Assembly (NCBI GenBank): GCA_951406725.2
Contig: OX597818.1
Coordinates: 91,140,001-91,204,000 of the forward strand
Length of the DNA: 64,000 nt
Direction of reading: 5' to 3'
Source of the DNA: Octopus vulgaris
Lineage: Eukaryota
Below, piece after piece: positions 55,859 to 64,000 of this stretch; the first letter of the stretch is position 1; every line of letters begins with the position of its first letter. The notes beneath the pieces are model-generated. The model saw only the letters and a list, made by a program, of their open reading frames with translations. It did no database searches and was not told where the DNA came from. The position numbers and the translations under genes were made by a program.

Positions 55859-56794
55859 TCATTTAAAATATTTTAGAGTCTTCAATTTTGCGTGGACACA
55901 AACTTGACCTAATTCAATATGGTTATTTAACAAACCCTTATTTTTTCTATGCTTCAGAATTTCATACGTTTCCATGGAGCAGAGTTGGCAACCAAACCTG
56001 TTATTTTTATACGGCATTGCTCTTCTAACTATTTCCCGATTAAGGTTATAATTCCTATTATTATTTTTGAGTTCCCAGATCTTATTTGAAAGTGTGATGG
56101 TACCAGCTTTATGACGTAATTTAAAAGATGAGACGTGGTTTCTAACTCTATCTCTAAAATTTATCGTACAACCAATGTAAAAAAATTTATTATTCTCAGT
56201 AGATATGGTACATTTATAGATTACGTTATTTACCCCGCATAGACCAGGTGCCGGGCATTTTGACTTAATTCTACACTTACACGCAGGAGGAACAACTTCA
56301 GATGTTGGATTATTCATGGATAGATGTCTTATGTTCCTGTTATTTTGATTATCATGAGTATAATTATCTTTATTATTATTATTATTTTTATAGTTGGTGC
56401 TGTTATCTAAAGCATTGTTATTATTTATTGATCCTTCTGCTCCATCCTTTAGGTCTAAAGTCCTACCATGATTATTTACATTATTGGTATTGTTACTATT
56501 ATTGCTAGTATTTGTATCTGAATGTATATTGTTGTTATAGATATCACTGATATTTTCATTCTCTGTATTTTCTCTGTTAGCCTTACTTCTATTATTAACA
56601 TTATTACTTCTATTAATATCAATATTATTATTACTCCTATTAATGTTAATATTATTATTAGTCATTCTGTGGTTACTGATTCCACCCATGTTTTGATAGT
56701 TACTATTGTTGCGTTTATTGTTGGTATTATTATAATTCTCTGTGAAGCTAATAAGCTTTTTTAAAAAACCTGTGATAAGACTGTGCATCATCAT
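55859..56794 (-). CDS. PLE-derived ORF: Asn-rich linker plus CxCx5Cx5C and GIY-YIG endonuclease domain (no RT)
   Basis: CKCRIKSKCPAPGLC..VIYKC..YIGCT..FRDRVRNHVSSF..LSNKIWELK..PY..CQLCSMETYEI..LLN..CVH; uninterrupted 311 codons; the start codons come from the inverted repeat. Confidence 0.7.
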   Translation of the reverse strand: MMMHSLITGFLKKLISFTENYNNTNNKRNNSNYQNMGGISNHRMTNNNININRSNNNIDINRSNNVNNRSKANRENTENENISDIYNNNIHSDTNTSNNSNNTNNVNNHGRTLDLKDGAEGSINNNNALDNSTNYKNNNNNKDNYTHDNQNNRNIRHLSMNNPTSEVVPPACKCRIKSKCPAPGLCGVNNVIYKCTISTENNKFFYIGCTINFRDRVRNHVSSFKLRHKAGTITLSNKIWELKNNNRNYNLNREIVRRAMPYKNNRFGCQLCSMETYEILKHRKNKGLLNNHIELGQVCVHAKLKTLKYFK

Positions 56795-57024
56795 TAAAGA
56801 ACTTCGGAAGTCTCTTTACAACCTAAATCTGCTTTTAATGAAATTATCTCCAATACTTCATGAGTGTAGCCTCACCCACTAAGATGTTTGGAGAACTCAT
56901 ATGTGTTTTAGCTGATAAGTACGGGACACTTTTATCTGCTGTAATATTTGCAACTTTTAATAAAGCCTGTCTTTGTATGAAACAATTGTACTAAAAACTA
57001 ATCCATTCTTGTTGCTTCTTTCTC

Positions 57025-57097
<73 letters not shown>

Positions 57098-57281
57098 AAT
57101 AAGAAAATGGAGAAACAAATTCATCTCGTTCACCAACTTACAGATATTGCGATTTTACATTATTTATTAATTTTACAAATGAGAACATCAAAATCAAACA
57201 AAACATTATATAAATCAATAGGTAATATAATAATAAAAATAATACAAATACATATTTAATAGTCATATTATAAATAAATAA

Positions 57282-57338
<57 letters not shown>

Positions 57339-57341
<3 letters not shown>

Positions 57342-57576
57342 CAGCTATTATGCTAAAATGCCGTATGTCCAAAGATGACCAAGTGCGTTTTTTATCAATA
57401 CTTATTTTTGCTTATAATAGCCGGTTCTTATGGTCAAACTATCGTAGCTCTAGCTGCTTCAGATGCCAAGATATCAAAATAGTGTAACAGTTTTGCTATA
57501 GAATGGTGAAACTATTTTTTCTTTTTCTGAAAAAGCAACGTTTTGGACTTACGACATTTTTGCATAATAGCTACTG
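57339..57576. mobile_element. MITE with ~35-bp imperfect TIRs in TA context
   Basis: Left gcagctattatgctaaaatgccgtatgtccaaa vs right (rc) gtagctattatgcaaaaatgtcgtaagtccaaa. Confidence 0.75.
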
Positions 57577-57688
57577 TATATATATATATATAATATCAGG
57601 GAGTATAATTTTCTCTAAGTTAGATATATATTAATTTTATAAATGAGAACATCAAAATCAGACAAAACATTTTCTATTTTCTATTTTC

Positions 57689-57734
57689 TCTAGACTGATG
57701 ATGGGCAAGACCTAGAAACATGCATGTCTCTAGA
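57689..57734 (+). ncRNA. Type I hammerhead ribozyme (canonical core, palindromic stem III)
   Basis: tctaga CTGATGA tggg-caaga-ccta GAAA catgcatg TC tctaga; GUC triplet, predicted cleavage after C57728. Confidence 0.85.
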
Positions 57735-57999
57735 TGCAGGCCTAGCTGTTGGGGGTGTTTGTCTCCCCTTCGTAAATATATAAGGACACAGGAAATGTAC
57801 CAAGGCCGACAGGAAGCGTCGATGCTTCCTAGGGCTAAACAGCGGTGGTGTAATTCCCTTACAGGATTGTCACTTTAAGTTGACAGAACACAACAACTCT
57901 TACGCTCCACCACCGTACATATCTCTATGAGATATTTAGAAATTTAATATTTCTGAAATATATATTATATATATATGTGTGTGTGTGTGTGGGGGTGTG

Positions 58000-59785
58000 T
58001 ATCTTTTAGATTCAAACATACAGCTAATAGTACGTCCTTAACTAGCAATATTTGGGAACCGAAAGTAAGGAATACCGGATTTACCCTTAAATGGGATATA
58101 ATTCTGACGACGCTGCCCTATAGAAATAGTCTAAATGGGTGTGAGCTGCAGTCTATGGAAACTTATAGGGACAAGAACAACTTGATCAGTTATAGGTTAG
58201 ACCTAAGCCCATCATGCATGCATAGCGTCACCCGTATATTTAAGCATTTTCGAAACTAACGATTATAGATACCATACTTGAAATTTGATGGTGAAAATTA
58301 ATTTTGGTGTCATATCCGTTTTAAACTTACCCTCTAGTATTAAATAAAATAAAACCATGCGATATTATGCTATATGGTGAATTACATGTTATATGCCGTG
58401 TGTCATGGTATGTGCTGTGCTATATATAACACTATCCCCTGTCTAGTTAGTCTGACTACATCATATATCCCCTAGAAACTATAAAATCATATGTAAAATA
58501 ACACTCTCTTCGGTCTGAATATATTTAACTGTGCACACTACTTCCTTACCAACTATAACCCACTCTTTCAGGTTACCTTTATCGCTCGCCTACATCTAAT
58601 TTTATCCCCTGCCTCTTTATATGTAGTTTATATGCATTTCTTATTATTTTCTATAAATTCTTATTTTATTTTCCTATTTTGATATCCTTACTTATTAACC
58701 TATTATCCCTTATAAATCGTTATTTTTCTTTTTCTTAAATAGACATTTTTCAATTACTTAAGTCTATGCGAGCTATTACTACTATATCCATATAAACGTA
58801 TAAATATTTGTGTATATGTATATATGCATATATGCACATATATAAATATGTATGTATTCATATGCACTTTTGCATTTTTCTGATTCATGGCTTAAAATTA
58901 ATAGAGAGCATATATATCGTTCTTGTTATTCCATAAGGAAATGCCTTGACAGACTTTATCGAAACCACATTATAAGTAATTAATTAAGTACAAGAATCAA
59001 TATTAAACTGATTCTATGTAACCTTACTCTTTAATGTTTATAATTGATATATATACACCTTTTACCTAATTTGGCTATGATATCATTTTTGAAATTCTTA
59101 AATTTTATTTTTATACAACATAACAATATTGTTTAAAAACAATCATCCACGGTGCGCCTAAATAAAATTTATGTATTAACATCTTAGGTTTCTTAGCATC
59201 GTGCCCCTTTAACTGGTAGTTAACATCATGATTTAAAGTCTACCTCTACCCTGCGTCTTTTTATAGACAGTTACTTACATCCAACTCACTACTCCAAATG
59301 TCTTATTTCCCCTTGGGGAAAAGGGATACATATGATAATATCTATAATATCTTGTCCCTTATTCAAAATAGATACAATCTTCTAATCTTAGATTTAGTTG
59401 TAGATAAAGAAATAACTGAATTAGAACTGAATTACAGTCCCTCCTCTATGACTCCTCTGTGTTCCATGCGATTCTCAGAAGTTGTAGTCTATTCCTAGCT
59501 ACATGAATTTCTTCCATCTTCTTGTTCTATTAAAAAATATAGAGAAAAATTATATTAATGTGTTCTATTTGCTAAAATTCCATTTATTTATGTGTGCAGC
59601 AGAAGATAGCACTACATTGCATTGTTCAACTAAAAGGAACCGCTTTAAACGGTCATACTGGCATCACTACTTGGTATCCTGTTGTTTATTTTGATTTTAT
59701 TCATATAACTTCGGGCTGTGCGGTTAATATCGAACTGACTTGGTGCGTCAACTTAAGTACCAAATTCAACTGAGTCTCAATTATT
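58000..59785 (+). mobile_element. Degenerate Naiad-type PLE 3' fragment (GIY-YIG end plus long 3' region); extent approximate
   Basis: ORF 57975..58259 SFRFKHTANSTSLTSNIWEPK..LKWDII..PYRN..CELQSMETY parallels the 55859 ORF C-terminus. Confidence 0.6.
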
Positions 59786-59789
59786 TCTC

Positions 59790-59902
<113 letters not shown>

Positions 59903-60520
59903 ATTCTTCTATTCTATTACTTGTTTCAATCGTTTGACTGCGGCCATGCTGGTGCACCGCTTTGAAGGATTTTAGTGGAAGGAATCGACCGCAGGACTTA
60001 TTCTTTGTAAGCCTAGTGTTTATTCAACCATCACTTGGGCTGAATCGCTAAGTTACAGGGAAGTAAACACACCGGTAGCAGCGACTCGCTGTTGCAATTG
60101 TCAGACGCCACAGAGTCGCTTCTACATCAGTCGGGACAACAAATATCATTGTGATACCTGTCGGTGTCTATGGGTTTTCAGCTCTGAACTGTGGAATCAC
60201 ATCCCGCCTCATCGCTCAGAACATACTTCGTCATCGTAGGACACCGAATGACTGCTACTAGCTACACACACACACCTACGCACACGCACACATACACACA
60301 CAAACACTCACGCACAAACACACACATACACACACACATATATATAATTCAGATTCAGTTGAATTAGGTACTTAAGTTGAAGCACCAAGTCAGTCCGGTA
60401 TTATCCGCTCAGCTCGAAGTAAAGTGAATAAAATCAAAATAATCAACAGGGTATCAAGAAGTGATGCATTACGACCGTTTTAAGCGAGTCCATTTAATGG
60501 AACAATGCAATCATTACATA

Positions 60521-60561
<41 letters not shown>

Positions 60562-61033
60562 GTGTGTGTGTGTACAAACATATGTATACGGTGTACATAC
60601 ATATATATATATATATATATGAAAGTTGGGGTATGTGTATATACATATAGTTACATATATATATATATATATGTTTGGCGCGCTGTTAGTAGGGGCATTT
60701 GAATTATAACGTCGGATGTAATCAATTGAACCACATGTGTATTTATCGTTATGGTAAAATATGGCGTGTGATTTGAGTGGATTTCATCCAGATAGTTTTG
60801 GCTGAGGAGCTACAAGTGGGTTTTTGTAAGTAAAATTACATTTAATTCATTAATAGCGAAACAATTGTCCCAAAATAATCTGTATTTTTGTTATTTTTTA
60901 TTTGCCCTGTTCGTGTGAGCTAACAATCGTACTGACTTTCATGTGAAACATGTATTTTTGTGGTTGAAACCTTTTGGATTTTCTAGTGCTAGAATGAGCC
61001 ACATAGTGACCATTCTCTTATATTTATTTTTAT

Positions 61034-61075
<42 letters not shown>

Positions 61076-61237
61076 ATGTATATGCATGTATATATATGTG
61101 TGTGTGTGTGTGTGTATAGGTATATATTTATATTCTTTCAAATATACATACACATAGATATATGTCTATATTTATATATAAACATGCAAGTCTATGTATA
61201 TATACACACACATACACATATATATATATATTTATAC

Positions 61238-61358
<121 letters not shown>

Positions 61359-62029
61359 TATATATATTATGTATATATATATATATTTATGCATACACAC
61401 GCGTATAGACATATGCATATATATTCAATTAAATTATACATAAGCATGCTCACGAGCTTGCTTGCTTATAGGCTGAAAAGGAAGCGATAATTATTTTAAT
61501 ATTTGACCACATAAACACCTGCCTTGCACTAAGACCTATCGTCAAATAAAATTCCCACCTATGACTATCACGTCTTTTCGGATGTCTCCGGCTTTCTCCG
61601 GATCATTTTCATCTGCACTTGTCTTTCCTCATATTCAGACAATAGTATTTGTTGTTAGACGCAGTCGCTATTTCTTGCAATCAAACCTCCATTTAGTCGC
61701 TCCCACATTGTCTCGTAAACGTTGCTGGTTGTATCTAACAGTAAATATTCCGGTAATTACATTGCAGTAAATTTTGCTCGCTTGGTGGCTAATGTCCAGT
61801 ACATCAACTGCAGTATTGTGGTGTCTACGTTGTGATGACCATAATATCATTGGCTGGACAATGGCGAGCGCCAATTACCAACTGCTAAAATTAGCAGAAA
61901 GTGCCAAGGACAGGCAGTAGATGAGTCTCTTAAATGTTAATTACTTTTATTGTTAGGTGTTAGCAGGTTAATAAGAGATAGTGAGTGGAGGTGTGAGAAA
62001 TGTCATATATTGGGGAGGAGGGGGTCAGG

Positions 62030-62935
62030 GCTGCTGGTGGTGGCAGTGCTGGTGCTGATGGGTGGTGGTATTAGTGGTGGTGTTAGTGGTGGTGTTAGTG
62101 TTGATGGTGGTACTGGTAATTCTGGTGGCGATGGTAGTTGTCGTGCTGTTAATGTTGGTATTGTTGGTGTACTGGTAGTTGTAGTATGGTGGTGGTGGCG
62201 GTGGTGGTGGTTGAGGTATTGATGTTTGTGGTGGTCAGGTGGTAGTGATATAGGTGATTGTGTTGATGGTGGTAGTCGTAGTGGCTGAGGCAGTATTATT
62301 GTTCGTGTTAGAGGTAGTAGCTGTGGTAGCGGTGTTACTGCTGGTTGTGCAATGTAGCGTCACTGGTAGTTACCGTGAATCGTGTTAGTGGTGGTGATGG
62401 TAGTCTTGGTGAAAGTGATGGTACGACTGGTTTTGTAGTGATGGCGTTGGTTGTGGTGGCATTATTTGCTGGATGCAGGCTGTGGTGATTGTGGTGATAG
62501 ATTACCGACGGAGTTGGTGGTGCCGATGGTAGCATTCGTAGCTGGGTTGATGCTGGTAGTAGTAGTAGTAGTTATAGTAGTGGTGATGGTGGTCGTGACG
62601 GTTGGTGGGCGGATTTTGCTGGTGGGTGTGGTTGCGGTTACATTGACATTTGTGTTGGTGGTGTTACAAGGGATTGTGGTGGTAGTTGTGCTAGTGGAAC
62701 GACGATGATTTGGCTTTGGCATCACGTCGGTGGTGGCGGTGATGTTGATGGTGGAATCATAGTGGTAGTTGTGTAGGTATTGGTGGCTGAAGTAACAATA
62801 GTAATGGTAGATGACTGTAAGAATGACATGGCTGTTGGTGGTTGTAGTGATAATGGAACGGTGGTAGAGGTAACAGAGGTAATGGTGGAAGCGGTGGTAG
62901 TGATAGAGATGGTAGCGTCGTTAGTGGTAATTTCA
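62030..62935. repeat. Degenerate (GGT/GTA/GAT)n low-complexity region
   Basis: G/T-rich triplet periodicity with stops in all frames; poly-V/poly-T pseudo-ORFs. Confidence 0.8.
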
Positions 62936-63119
62936 GGTCGCTCATGTGTGCAACTGGTAATATGTAACACAGTAGAAGCTGTCACTTGGTCAGGTCGTCG
63001 GTGTCTAGACCGACAGCCCACTCAAGCGAGGAGGGTGATCCTACGGGATAAAAAAAAAAAAAAAAAGAAACAAGAGCAAAACCTGACAAGGAGTGGAAGA
63101 ATTCAGAAGAGTCAACAGC

Positions 63120-63350
63120 GGCAGGCTGGCAGAATCGTTAGCACGCCGGGCGATATGCTTAACAGTATTTTGTCTGCTGTTACGTGCTGAGTTCAAATTC
63201 CGCCGAGGGCGACTTTGCCTTTCATCCTTTCGGGGTCGATTAAATAAGTACCAGTTACGTACTAGGGTTCGATGTAATCGACTTAATCCCTTTGTCTGTC
63301 CTTGTTTGTCCCCTCCGTGTTTAGCCCCCTGTGGGCAATAAAGAAATAAG
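63120..63350 (+). mobile_element. tRNA-derived SINE family B. Other copies: ~1080-1240(-), 1340-1488(-), 12485-12605(-), 21375-21582(+), 36290-36440(-), 45868-46075(+), 46790-46960(-), 49730-49962(-)
   Basis: Shared gctggcagaa.cgttagcacgccggg..gagttcaaattccgccgagg.cgactttgcctttcatcctttcggggtcgat. Confidence 0.85.
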
Positions 63351-64000
63351 TATTGTGTATGAAACGAAAAAGAAAGAAGACGGGATGACTACTTTGTACG
63401 TGTTGACTGTTGAAGAGCTAGAGGGGCAGCTGATGTTGACTGTATTTGTTTTGCGTGCATTGTCTGAGTTGTCCGATGTGTGTGTTTGTGCAAAGCCGGA
63501 TGTTCCTCTCATGCAATATCTTTTAAATCTTTTTTTTTCTTTTGGCTGCTGAGGTTCCTCCTCATCTTCACTTCCAGATGTATTGGAATCAGAGTGTGTA
63601 TAGTCCGTTTGCGATTAGGTGTATGCCTGTGCTTGTTTTTGTGTAGTTGTCTATGTGAGAGTGTGTGTTTAAGAGAGAAGGAGAGCTGTGTTGGGGAAAG
63701 CCCCGGGGGGTCTTCTCTGTTGATGTTCTCGTCAATTTTGGTGGTGACGGTGGTGATGCTGCTGCTGGGTCTGTTGTTACTGTTGCTACTATTGCTGCTG
63801 TTGCTGTTTCTAATACAGCACGTTTATCTGTTACTGCCGGTTCTTCCGCTTAGAAGGATCTGCTGCTGTGGTTTTTCATTGAGATGTTGTTGTTGCTTCA
63901 CTCTTTTTCTTTTCTTGTATATGCTGTCGCTGTTGCGGTAATAGGTGTGACATCGGCGGCGGGGGCCCTCCTCTCACCTCTCTTGTTTTTGTTTTGTAAA

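Larger units (their letters stand above)
54332..57031 (-). mobile_element. Naiad/Neptune-like Penelope element, 5'-truncated, with an inverted copy of its 3' region at the 5' end, inserted in (TA)n
   Basis: GIY-YIG ORF; ~295-bp inverted repeats at 54446-54740 and 56736-57031 differing at about 5 positions; HHR inside the repeat; (TA)n on both sides. Confidence 0.85.

Noticed and set aside
61950-63190. Thr-rich mucin-like and Val-rich ORFs
   Set aside because: Degenerate (GGT)n/(ACC)n sequence with stops in all frames and no convincing splice structure

Overview
AT-rich, microsatellite-dense eukaryotic genomic DNA, almost certainly from an octopus (diagnostic S-crystallin and octopus-type SINEs). 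Nearly all ORFs in the supplied track are translations of (TA)n/(TATG)n/(CA)n/(TATC)n repeats. The only host gene I can assemble is a complete 6-exon S-crystallin (sigma-GST-derived lens crystallin) on the + strand, ATG 32134 to TAA 45119, 648 nt / 215 aa, with TATA+Inr and polyA signals. The rest is transposon debris: R4/Dong, RTE, RTE-X and CR1 LINEs, Penelope-like elements (PLEs), Tc1/mariner elements, a MITE, a non-autonomous Helitron, tRNA-derived SINEs and a 5S rRNA pseudogene. The most striking unannotated signal is a set of hand-folded hammerhead ribozyme (HHR) motifs. These include a canonical type I HHR in a ~514-bp-period head-to-tail repeat (retrozyme-like) about 1.8 kb upstream of the crystallin, a second canonical HHR at 57689, and an intact/mutated HHR pair in the inverted repeats of a Naiad-like PLE. 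All folds and family assignments were made by eye and from memory; no searches were run.
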